Shown: piece after piece, positions 52,931-64,000 of the stretch | Position numbering within the stretch: position 1 is the first letter of the stretch | Layout: each line of letters begins with the position of its first letter | Source of the DNA: Octopus sinensis | Taxonomy: Eukaryota | Reading direction: 5' to 3' | Assembly (NCBI RefSeq): GCF_006345805.1 | Contig: NC_042997.1 | Location: 61,132,001-61,196,000 of the forward strand | DNA length: 64,000 nt | Translations under genes and position numbers: made by a program | Notes under the pieces: model-generated | Told to the model about the DNA's origin: nothing | The model's input: only the letters and a program-made list of their open reading frames with translations | Database searches by the model: none

Positions 52931-53150
52931 CCTTTTAGTTCCCAACCCGGCTGAAACCAGCTCTGGTACTGAGTACAAATGTCTTGTTTTCATAAGTTTT
53001 GAATTAAAATCTTCCACCAAACCTTAGTCACAGTTTATGTTCTTAACACTAGTTGAATGATAACTATGCTATTTTACTAAATTCTTTGTTATATTTAAAG
53101 TAATTGAAAGAAACACACAGCATTTCAAAATAAATACAGTAACTAAAGGG
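52931..53150. mobile_element. TTAA-flanked (piggyBac-like) MITE
   Basis: TTAA|CCTTTTAGTT ... AACTAAAGGG|TTAA. Related fragments lie at about 26190-26400 and 47590-47765. Confidence 0.75.
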
Positions 53151-53762
53151 TTAAGTCAGCTTAATTCCCAATTAGTCCTTTTTATTAAGAAATAGACATG
53201 AGTTGTTAATATAGAAGACTGAAGGAGTTCCTTTACACTTGTTAGCTTGCTGTGGCTAAATGTTAATCGTGATATTGACTAAACTTTATACAGGCTATCA
53301 TGTTATCTAAATTGGAGAGATACTTTAGTTTTTAAATGCCATGAACACAAGGAAAAATTATATCAAACTGTGACACTATCTGCTAATTGATAGACAGGGA
53401 GGAAAAACATACATCTTGCTTATATGCTAAATTTTTCAAACCGCCATATCATTTTCTAACAGTTTTATTGATCTAGACTTTTTTGCTGTAATTGATACAA
53501 TACATGAGTGATATTTAGCTTTTACTAAATATCCTTAAGCTTTTGTATCTTTTTATGAATATATTATTTATGTTATTAACAGTTATTATTGAACATTGAT
53601 ATTTTGTAGTATTAAAGTATTATGATTAAAGTTCAAATAAAGGTAACAGTTCAAACAATTATCATTACTAAAAGATATTTTCATTTAGAAATATCTTCTT
53701 TTGTTATTATTATTTATTTATGTACTAATTTTTTGCTTGTATTTGCTTTTTTGTTTTATTAG

Positions 53763-53803
53763 AATTAAAGATAAAAGTTTTATCTTGCTTGGATCTATCA
53801 TAC
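53763..53803 (+). CDS. Candidate short exon, unidentified gene
   Basis: Branch-point TACTAAT at 53723, T-rich tract, AG acceptor and GTAAGA donor. Two open frames (IKDKSFILLGSII or LKIKVLSCLDLSY). Confidence 0.55.
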
Positions 53804-53889
53804 GTAAGATTTTGAATGTGGTTACATGATTTAAAATCTATCTGCCTTTTGCATACATTGAAGATAAATATTTTATAGTATTTTCTAAG

Positions 53890-53936
53890 GAATGCTAAGT
53901 TTTCAAAATTTTCAAACGGTTTCATTGAAAGCTATT
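53890..53936 (+). CDS. Candidate short exon (alternative acceptor at 53879)
   Basis: Donor GTGAGT at 53937. Reads RMLSFQNFQTVSLKAI from 53890 or YFLRNAKFSKFSNGFIESY from 53879. Confidence 0.45.
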
Positions 53937-54829
53937 GTGAGTTTCCCAAACAATTGTATTAGCTTCTACAGATATAAAGGTAAGGCATTTAATACATTAT
54001 TGAACAATACAGTTGATTTTGGAATCAATATGTACATATGTAAATACACACTCACACACACACATACCAATTGGATGATATTTAAGGTGCTTTTAGGAAA
54101 AAATCCTGCTGGTCTCATCTTTACAATTATCTTTTACATGTTGGCTATGCTGGGGCACTACCTTGAATTTTTTTTAGTTGGATGAATCAACTCCATTTTT
54201 TTAAAAACCTGGTGCTTATTCTATAAGACTCTTTTGCCGAACCACTAAGTTACGGGAACATAAACACTGGTTGTCAACAGAGCAGTGGTGGCAGACAAAC
54301 ACAAACATACAAATATATATATATATAAACACAATAGGCTTCTTTCTGTTTCCATCTACCACATCTGCTCATGAGACCTTGGTCAGCCCAAGGCTAGAAG
54401 ACACTTGCCCAAGGTGTCACACAGTGGGACTGAACCTAGAACCATGTGTTTGGGAAGCAAGCTTCTTACCACACAGCTATGCTTGCACCTATTAACATAA
54501 ATACTTTGTTATTGTAGTTTAAATTTTTCCTAATTTTTGATGTGGATGTTAGTATCAATTTGCCAAGAACTCAGTCTGGTTTCACTTTCTACATGTATCA
54601 TTCATGCCACTGAAAAAGGCATGGATGTCATTAATTCAATAAATGAATTTATTTCTCCTAAAAGAAAAAAAAATGAAAGCAAAATCTGTAGTTGTATACT
54701 TGGTTTAAGAAAGGAATAAGATGATTTTACATCTGCTGTTTGTTCAGTATTACCTTTTCAATACTCTGGCTATTTTTCTTCTTATTTTATATATATATTT
54801 ATTTCATATATTTACACACACATGTAAAG

Positions 54830-54899
<70 letters not shown>

Positions 54900-55125
54900 A
54901 CACTTACACTCACACACACATGATATGTATTTCTTGTTATATCTTCTGTATCTGTTGCATAAAAGACACAATGAAAGTTTGAAAACTTCTGAAACGAAAT
55001 CTTTACATAAGTTGCACTATTGATCTTTAATGATTTTTCTCTCCTGTTATTTTCTTTGTTTAGATTTTTAAGCCATATACTCTTACTGGAAATACTATAT
55101 GATCTTTATAGAATATTTTCTATAG

Positions 55126-55182
55126 ATGTTGGAATGTTGCTTAAGTTTTGAGGCAGATACATTTTACTGCAACTTTGAAGCA
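55126..55182 (+). CDS. Candidate short exon (MLECCLSFEADTFYCNFEA)
   Basis: Acceptor TATTTTCTATAG and donor GTAAGG. Phase 0/0, compatible with 53890-53936. Confidence 0.45.
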
Positions 55183-56296
55183 GTAAGGAAAAGTTGTTTT
55201 TTTTCAATTTCACTATCAAATGACTGCATCAATGCACACATACTTCTTTACCCTTTTTGTCACCAGTTGAGAGAATTCTTGGTTTGTCTCTTATTTTTAA
55301 AGGTTAGATATACAGGAAATTGTAAATTTTCTGTTTCATTTTGTAGTTAATGCATATCAATAGTGTAAATGTCTCAAATACATCTAAACTTCTTGAATGA
55401 GAAATTTTTTTTTTATCTTTGTTTTGTTCACATAATTGAGAATATTTATGATTGCACAAAAGCTGACAAATAAATGAATTTAAAGATACAAATGAATTAA
55501 ATTATGAGGATGATGATGGGCAACTGCTTGGTACATACATTCACTGCAAACTGCTACTACTCAGGTTACTAGTCCTTGACTAATGTCTGATTATTGTTCA
55601 TTTATGTAAAACATAAAATTTTTTTTTTTTAAATATAGAAATCAATTTGTATGAATCAGTATAAAGAAATTTGTTTCAGTTTCATTTTAGAGTTTAGGTA
55701 ACCCAAGATCCACTAAGGATACTATGTTTTACAACGTACTTTGCATTTTTATTTGTGACCATTTTAAAGGATGCTAGTTAAAGACTGCAGTAATTTATGA
55801 AAGAAATAGTAAAAACATGAATAAAAAGTAGCAAATATATTGATACTTTTGTCACAGAACCATATACATAATAACCAGCTGTTAACATTAAACAGAAGAC
55901 AGAATAATATCCAAGCAATTTCCTGAGCATGTTTGGAACTCATGAATTCTGATAACAATATTATAATCAGAGGTAACATTATCTGTGGCCATAATAAGTG
56001 ACTCCCCTTGTATATTCTCTTTTTTACTGTTCCGTAAACCTAAAAGGTATATGCTTTTATTCTTCTACACATTTCAGTCATTTCACTGTGGCCATGCTAG
56101 AGCACTACTTTAAAGGGTTTTAGCTGAAGAAATTAACCTCAGGACTTATTCTTTGTAAACCTACTTATTCTATCACTCTTTTTTGCTGAACTGCTGAGTT
56201 ACGGGGACATAAACATACCAACATTGGTTGTCAAGCAATGGTGGGGGGACAAACACAAACACACACACACACACACACACAAATATATATACATAT

Positions 56297-56327
<31 letters not shown>

Positions 56328-56681
56328 GACAGTCTTCTTTCAGTTTCTGTCTACCAGATCTACTCACAAAGCTTTGGTTGGCCTGAGGCTATAGTAGAAA
56401 AAATTTACTCATGGTGCCATGCAGTGGGACTGAACCAGAAACCATGTGGTTGGGAAGCAATCTTCTTACCACACAGCCATGTAACGATGTGTTTTTCTTG
56501 GACTGTTCTTTTCCTTCTCTCCAGACCTATCTTCTTATAGACAAAGAACCATGCTTGAAATGTCACACTCACTCTTTTTTTCCATCTTAAACTGAGTCTC
56601 AAACTAATGCATTCACTATGTACATCCTTTTGACTTCAATTGTGTTTGTTTTTATTTTTGATTTGCCTGTATATGTATACA

Positions 56682-56717
<36 letters not shown>

Positions 56718-57554
56718 TGTGAATATGACCTGATGGCTTGTATCGTACTTTCACTAATAATTTTAGGTACCTATGTAGTTGCAAACAGACCTTGATATTC
56801 TCTTGGCACTCCCATCCTTGACCCAGCAGAATATCCAGGATTTGACAGCTGAAGGAAGAAAATTCTGCACTAGAAATAGGCTGGTACTCATTCATAACTG
56901 AGCAAACTAGAATAGACAGTGAGAAATAAATTCCGTGTTCAAGGATAAAATGCACTGCCAGGTTCAGCAGTTGACATCATGACCTTATGGTTGTGTGGGC
57001 AACATCCAAACCACTAGGCCATGTGCCTTTGCACACATGCAAATCACCATTGTTCACATTGTGATTTCTCAGCTAGGCCACATGCTGGTTTAAAAAGTCA
57101 CGCTCATGCTCATATCCATATTGCTTTTGGGGACTTGAGGACTCATGTGGGGAGTCACCAAGTAAAGTGAATGAACTATAAACATAGGTGAATGGTAGTA
57201 ATAGTAATGTGAGTGTGTTGTTGATTGTCTATTTGATTGGATCATTTGTTTCTGTCCTCTTGCTGAATACTCATATGTCATCTTCATTGGGTGAGTCCAT
57301 TATATATATGTATATATCATCATCGCACACACACACTAACACACATGAGAATATATATATATATATATATATATATTTCTTTCTATGAGTGTATGCATGT
57401 AGTTAGTTAAGTTATTTTTCTCCTGTTAGAGAATTATTTTTCTGTTTCTATGCTACTATGATTCAGATGGCTTCTGTAAATTTAAATATTTTTATACAGT
57501 TGGAACATATTGTTTATCCAACCAAATATGTATATCTATATATATATATATATA

Positions 57555-57970
57555 GGCATAGGAGTGGCTGTATGGTAAGTAGCTTGCTTATGAACCACAT
57601 GATTCCAGGTTCAGTCCCACTGCGTGGCACCTTGGGCTAGTGTCTTCTACTATAGCCTCAGGCTGACCAAAGCCTTGTGAGTGGATTTGGTAGACAGAAA
57701 CTAAAAGAAGCCTGTCATATATATGTATATATATGTGCGTGTGTATATGTTTGTATGTCTGTGTTTGTACCCCCTCCCCCCATAATCACTTGACAACCGA
57801 TGCTGGTGTGTTTACGTCTCCGTGACATAGCGGTTCGGCAAAAGAGACTGATAGAATAAGTACTAGGCTTATAAAAAATAAGTCCTGGGGTCAGTTTGCT
57901 TGACTAAAGGTGATGCTCCAGCATGGCCACAGTCAAATGACTGAAACAAATAAAAGAGTAAAAGAATAAA
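57555..57970 (+). mobile_element. Full-length tRNA-derived SINE family A in (TA)n
   Basis: tRNA-like head GGCATAGGAGTGGCTGTATGGTAAG...GGTTCAGTCCCACTG, internal (TA/TG)n and A-rich tail. The most abundant repeat in the window. Confidence 0.9.
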
Positions 57971-58382
57971 TACTTCCTACAACTAACCATTCAGCTGTCA
58001 GCTACAACAACTGAGGCCAAGCATTTATATGTTAGACAGGTACCTGGGTGAAACCTCTTACGAACTGTCTTTATTAAGAAAACATAATGGTTCTGTCTTG
58101 ATTTCTATATTTTTATCTCAGGGGAATGATAAAATCCTGTAAACTTTCAATGAATAACCCAAGGTAGAAGTTTATATAGTATTTTGAAAAGACTAGAAAT
58201 TAAGCTAGTGAACACAAATATGCACTCTGGTCATAAATATTTTCTTATAAGTAATAGATGGTGTTGAGACTAGAAAGTATCAATTATTTGTTTATTCTAC
58301 ATGATGCAATTAATTACCTGAGTTGTCCAAACCCCAACAATGGAAGATTTGAATTGCAATGAAAATAGATTTTTATCAATAA

Positions 58383-58829
58383 CTAGCAGCATAGCCCGGC
58401 GTTGACCGGTTATGTAAGAGCCCCTAGTAGGCAACGACTAATCCCAATCTAGTCCTTCCCCTCTAGGGAACGAAGGCGCATGTGTAGGTTGCAATGTCTT
58501 CTCTTCACTCCCAAATAACTATCAAACAGCTATCGAAAATTCAATCCAACCAATTCCTACAAGGAAGAAATTACATTTGCGTCCCCTAGACAGTCTGTAG
58601 AAAATGTGTTGCATATAAAAAGCTTAGATTCTCGACCCATGTCGAATTTATCAATTTTTATTCAGAACTGGGGGAACTTTTCAAAATTTTCGCTGCGTTA
58701 GTTTTGAATTATGACATTGGGCTATGTGTGTGTCAAGTTTCATCAGAATCTGTTGAAAGCCGTGGTCAGGGTAAGGGTACAACCTGACAGACACACAGAC
58801 AGACAAACTGCCGTTTATATATAGAGAGA
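58383..58829 (-). mobile_element. Non-autonomous Helitron
   Basis: Minus strand begins A|TC and ends CTAG|T, with a CCGG..CCGG hairpin about 10 nt before the end and an internal (GTCT)n. No TSD. Confidence 0.85.
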
Positions 58830-61044
58830 TGATAAGTGCATTTCAGCTACATCCTGTATTTATTATAATAAAGCCTAAACCTAATTTACTCGTATTTGTA
58901 TATGAGGGAGGAAGTGCATACACCCCTCCCCCACCACACATATATACTAATATACATACATATAAAAACACGCACATACATACTCATAAATAGTATTTAC
59001 TGTTTTTTTAAAGCTCAGGTTTTGATAAATTATATTTGTTGAAGATTACTGAATGAAACATTCTATGAAATAAGTAAGGTCTTTGTTTAATGAGCTTACT
59101 ATACACCACCCAGTGTACAACAATTGATCTAGTTTTATGATAACATTTTATCTTACTAAATTTATGAAAACACTAAGCATCTCTTTCAACCATTGACCAA
59201 GCTTGTTTTCTTTTCTTTCCTTTCCTAATAATTTTCTTAAATATATATAACTAGTGGAGGTGCAGGTATGGCTGGCTATATATTAAGAAGTTTACTTCCC
59301 TACCACATGGTTCTGAGTTCAGTTCCACTGTGTGGCACCTTGGGCAAGTGTCTTTTGCTATAGCCCTGTGATAACCAATGCTTTGCAAGTGGATTTGGTT
59401 GATGGAAACTGAAAGGAGCCCATTGTGTTTGTGTGTCTATATATATATATATATATATCATCATCATCATCATCATCATTTAGCGTCCGTTTTCCATGCT
59501 AGCATGGGTTGGACGGTTCAACTGGTGTCTGTGAAGCTGGAAGGCTTCATCAGGCCCAGTCAGATCTGGCAGTGTTTCTACGGCTGGATGCCCTTCCTAA
59601 CGCCAACCACTCCGTGAGTGTAGATATATATGTATGTATATATCTATGTGTTTGTGTTTGGTTCAACCATGCTTGACAACTGGTGTTGGTTTGTTTACAT
59701 TAATTGACTCATATGTATCATATATAATAGAAGACACTTGCCCAAGGTATCACATAGTGGGACTGAACCTGGAATCGTGTTTGGGAAGAATGCTTCTTAC
59801 CACACAGCCGTGTCTGCACCTATGTTAATTTTTAATAGAAATTACGAAGTAGTTATGACTGATATGACAATGATGGCAGTTTCTTTGTGTCCAAAGATCA
59901 CGAGAAAGAGCAGCATATCTTCAGGTAACTATGTAAATAGATACTTGACATTTCAGAGCTTTTCTTCCTGCCTGTACTTAATATTTTTAAAGCGAAAGTT
60001 AGCCTGTGTAGCCTAATCTCACCCTTTAGACTTGGAGATCTGACTACAATGGCCCAAAAGGCCTAGATGGCTTCAGTGATCAACAAGTCGTAGGTTTTAC
60101 ATTGGAGTGGCCTTCTAGGTGAATTGCCTTTCAAGTTTGTAGAGCTTCACCTATCCTTGCGGACTTATATAATGAAATTATAATGGACTTTTGAATATCA
60201 TCAGTCATGTTTTCTGCCAACTGATAACTCAATGTCCTCTTGTATTCTAATAATTCATTTTAATGTGCTTAAAAGTTACGTATTGTGCCTTGTTTAACTA
60301 TATTATTTCTTTGAAAAGTCACCTCATTCTAAACACCCAACACCCCATGTTTCCACTCCTTTGACATTTTCTTTGCAAGCTTATAATACACCGAAGGAGG
60401 TGTTGTTGGCCAGGTTAAAGATCATCTTTCCAAAGTTGTTTGGTTTCAAAACACACTTATACATTATACATGCATATTCTTTACAAAAAGTGAGGTAAGG
60501 GAAACACCTCTAGTGGGCCAGTGGAATGACTATAGATAATTGAGGTATGTGGTGTAAAAGAAACTCACTGCCATAATTGACTCATATCTATCACATCCCT
60601 ATGTAATTTGAGGCCTTTAGTGGCAGTTAGGCCTCATAGGGCAAATGTGATAGCCTAAAACTCTTGGAGAGTGCTGTGGATACTCCTTTCAAAAGTTTTA
60701 TTCAATCATATCAATTCTGGTTTTGGTTCAGCCATGAAATTATTTTATCAAATCCTGGCAAATCACTAAGTTGCCTTTTTGACATTAAAAGTTACACGCA
60801 CAATCTCTCTCTCTCTGACACATACATACATACATTACAGGCTTATCCAAAGTTCTAGCTAACAAGTTCCATTCTCAAAATATTGGTTAATCTGAGACTA
60901 GAAGGTACTTGCATAAGAAGCAATCTAGAATCCTGTGATTGCAAAACAATATTCTTAATCATATGGAAAACATTCACAGAGAAAGGAAAGTGGGGAGATG
61001 GATAGGTAGATAGAAAGAGAGAAACAGTTGGACAGACAGACAGA

Positions 61045-63086
61045 TAACTTTCTTTATTGGCCACACAGGGATAAACATAGAGGGGACAATTACAATGTAG
61101 AGTTTTTTTTTCAAAGGGGTGCAAAAACACAAAAATTTAAAAATAGAGACAATGATCAAAAGGGATTGAAATCGTTTGGGATATACAAGAAGTCGAAATA
61201 ATACAAAAAGTTCCCTAAAGTGGGGAAATTCATTCGTGGAAAGAAAAACCTATGAAAATACCACGGTAACCTTGGGCAATAATGTCACATAATAGTACAT
61301 TTACAAGTAGGTAACTCTGTTTTTCCTTTGTTTTTTTTTCCTGTTCATAGGATCATGCTCAAGGTAGCTCTGTCATTCACACGTGCCATCCTTGCTACAT
61401 TCACCCATCTTTTATTGAAACATTCGCTAGACAAAACTTCCCTCTCTACTCTCATCTTCCTTTTCAAGTTGATGAGAGGTTGACCAGAGAGGAAAGTGTT
61501 TGTCTCTAGTCCTTTCAGACGCGTCCACCATACACAAGTATGATGAAAATGGCTCTTCCTTCCTTTTTGAAGGAAGGAGGTGAGACAATATTGACAATAG
61601 ATTCGGCTGATAGACCAACTCGTCCCACATGCAACAGCAGTTGTTCAACAGGTTGGAAATGGTTGGACACTGCCTGAGTGTGTGCAGAACAGTTTTGTTG
61701 CTTTGGTTGTAATGCAGTTGCTCAAGATTGACCCAGGACAGCATAGTTGCTTGAGAGCAATGCAGCACTTCTGGTGGCATTCGCCCTTCCTAGGTCTCTT
61801 TTTAATCCATGACTGCAGTTAGGTCATGGAGATGAGCTGTGGGAAAGCGCGCTGCATAAATGGCGACTACACCTGTCCACTGTCGTTGATGCAGAGACGG
61901 AGGTGTCGCAGTCTCAGTGCATGTCTGTGCATCATTAACCACGGCATACCCAGCCCTCCTTTTAGTGGGTGTTGGCAGCAAATGGATTGCCTGACCATCG
62001 GAATGTTTCTTTTCCACAAGAAGCGGAAGAGAATGCATTCCAGTTTGGTGATAGTAGGGTCGGGACAAGGAACAATGGTCAGGCGGTAGTAGATATGGAT
62101 GCCATGTACGCGTTCGCCACCTCCGCTCGACCTTTTAGGGACAGTTTCCTCTCAGCCTATTGCCAAGAGAGAGTGACCACCCTACTCATTATCTTGTCCC
62201 AGTTCTTCTCCATTTGGAGGTCTGGACCAAACCAGACCCCGAGCAACTTGACCAGCCTGTCGGTCTAGCATCCCACTACTGAGGTGCTGTTGGATGGTAT
62301 GGGCTTGCTTCTCCAGGTGCCAAGCCGCAAGCCCACTGACTTTTCCTGGTTGATTTTTGCTCCTGTCACCACTTTGTAGTCTTTCAGCATCTACCCTGTC
62401 TATGATGTAGCACATCAGATGGAGGTTGTCATGGATTCTCCTGCCCGGCACAGCGCATGTTTGTGCCTTGTCGACCAGTTTCTTGATGACAAGAACCAAC
62501 CTCTTGGCTAATACCTTGGCCAAAATTTTCAAATTTGCATTGAGCCTATCCTCCTTGTTTGGATCTTTCCTCTGATGGTGTTTTTTATTGTCTTTTGTGT
62601 TGGAGGCGGTGTAGGTAGCAAAGTTTTTTTTTCCAGGTTTTGGTAGTGGCGGTTGTTGTTGCTGTTCTCGTTTTTTTTGTAGCAGATGTACAATCGTTTT
62701 TAAGATGTGTCTCGCTGTTGCATATATAACAGTGTGGCCGCCTGCCCTCCATCACTACATACAACTTGTGTTCTGATAATTTAATGTAGGTGGGTATTTT
62801 ATTGATCAATTGTTGATCAATTTGGAAAAGAATTTCCAGTTTCTTTCCCACCCAGTTTTGCTGTTCTAAAACAGCAATTTCCAATATATTCACTTCCTCC
62901 ATTTCGAGGCATATGGCAGATACTATCCATTGCGTCTCTGGAGGCACATTCTTTATGGTCACCTTTGTCATTCTCTGGCCAAGATAACTGGGTGTCATCA
63001 CCAAGTCATCTGAATGAAGAGAGAGTGTCGAAAATTGTTTGGCTAGGCTTTCGTTGTGAAAACGCACTTGAACAGTGGCAAATTTA
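61045..63086 (-). mobile_element. Tx1/L1-clade LINE, internally deleted
   Basis: ORF1 with a CCHC knuckle (CYICNSETHLKNDC), RT KILAKVLAKRL...QTCAVPGRRIHDNL, C-terminal TVLHTLRQCP, and AATAAA next to a (GTCT/ATCT)n tract. Confidence 0.85.
62585..63086 (-). pseudogene. Tx1-type ORF1 fragment (gag-like zinc knuckle)
   Basis: TKVTIKNVPPE...IPTYIKL...LYVVMEGRRPHCYICNSETHLKNDC. The 5' end runs into a SINE fragment. Confidence 0.8.
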
Positions 63087-63680
63087 TGTGGTATCTTGAG
63101 CAAATGTCTTCTACTATAGCTCTGGGCTGACTAAAAGCCTTGTAAGTGAATTCAGTTGAAAGTAGATGAAAGTAACTTGTTATATATCTATTTATGTATA
63201 TGTGTGTGTATGTTTGTGTCTTTCCCTTGATGTTGTGTGATAGTTGTAAATGAATGTCACTGTCAATAAAGCAGTGTCCTTTGTTTCCAATATTCTGTGG
63301 GGGAAATATTACCTTGCTTGGAAACAGGTGAGGAGTGATGGCAGGAAGGGCATCTGATCATAGAAAATCTGCCTCAAGAAACTCTATCAAACCCATACAA
63401 GCATGGGGAAGTAGACATTAAAATGACACACACACAAAGTCAGCATTATTTTACATGTCTTACCATGCTTGCATGGGTTAATGGTTACTTGTATTCATTT
63501 AACTATGCTACCCACCATTCAGATATTGCTTTACAATCATATTTCCTTTATGACATATTTATTTTCTATCCACTTCAACTTCCAAATTATATTTTCATTA
63601 TTCAAATCCCTGACATACTTTTGAAAACATTTTAGATTATTGACTTTCAATTGGTCCTTTTATGGATTGATGACTTTCAG

Positions 63681-63730
63681 ATGTTTTAAACAATGATTTG
63701 CAGATTATAAAAAGTGCTCCTGTAAATAGT
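63681..63730 (+). CDS. Candidate short exon (VLNNDLQIIKSAPVNS)
   Basis: Acceptor GACTTTCAG, donor GTATGT and an open frame. Confidence 0.3.
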
Positions 63731-64000
63731 GTATGTGTATTTTAGCTCTTACATTTAAATAATTTGAGGTCACAGAAGTATTCAGAAACTACTAACATAA
63801 GCTTGAAGTTGTGTAGTCTTAGTACATAGTACATGTCAAACTTAACATTACCAGATTCAATGGTAGAATGAGCTGGCTATGCTAATAGTCACTTTCAGTA
63901 AATTCCTTGTTCGTATATATAAATAGCCCTCTTGAATTGACAAACATTAAACCAATACTATACTGAGATCAATTCCATTAACTCCATTTATAAAAACTTT

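Noticed and set aside
57555-57630. tRNA genes in SINE heads
   Set aside because: A/B-box-like motifs without a convincing cloverleaf, always fused to the SINE body.

Overview
Eukaryotic, AT-rich, microsatellite- and transposon-dense genomic DNA. The SINE repertoire and repeat landscape look like octopus/coleoid cephalopod (inference). Almost all ORFs in the supplied track are microsatellite or TE artefacts. The window holds three degenerate Tc1/mariner elements (DD34E, DD37D, DD34D), a mariner deletion derivative, two hAT relics, TTAA MITEs, a Helitron, CR1/RTE/Tx1 LINE fragments, many tRNA-derived SINEs and a few candidate short + strand exons. The main finding is a near-perfect tandem array of a 481-bp unit (40121-41496, about 2.9 copies) inserted in a (TA)n tract. 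Each unit carries a type I hammerhead ribozyme, and the cleavage-to-cleavage monomer is self-complementary. This is the signature of a retrozyme-like element copied from a circular RNA. Several other short (TA)n-associated elements carry minimal or variant hammerhead motifs, including a U3-A8 compensatory core and a double-hairpin element. All folds were read by eye and nothing was computed or searched.
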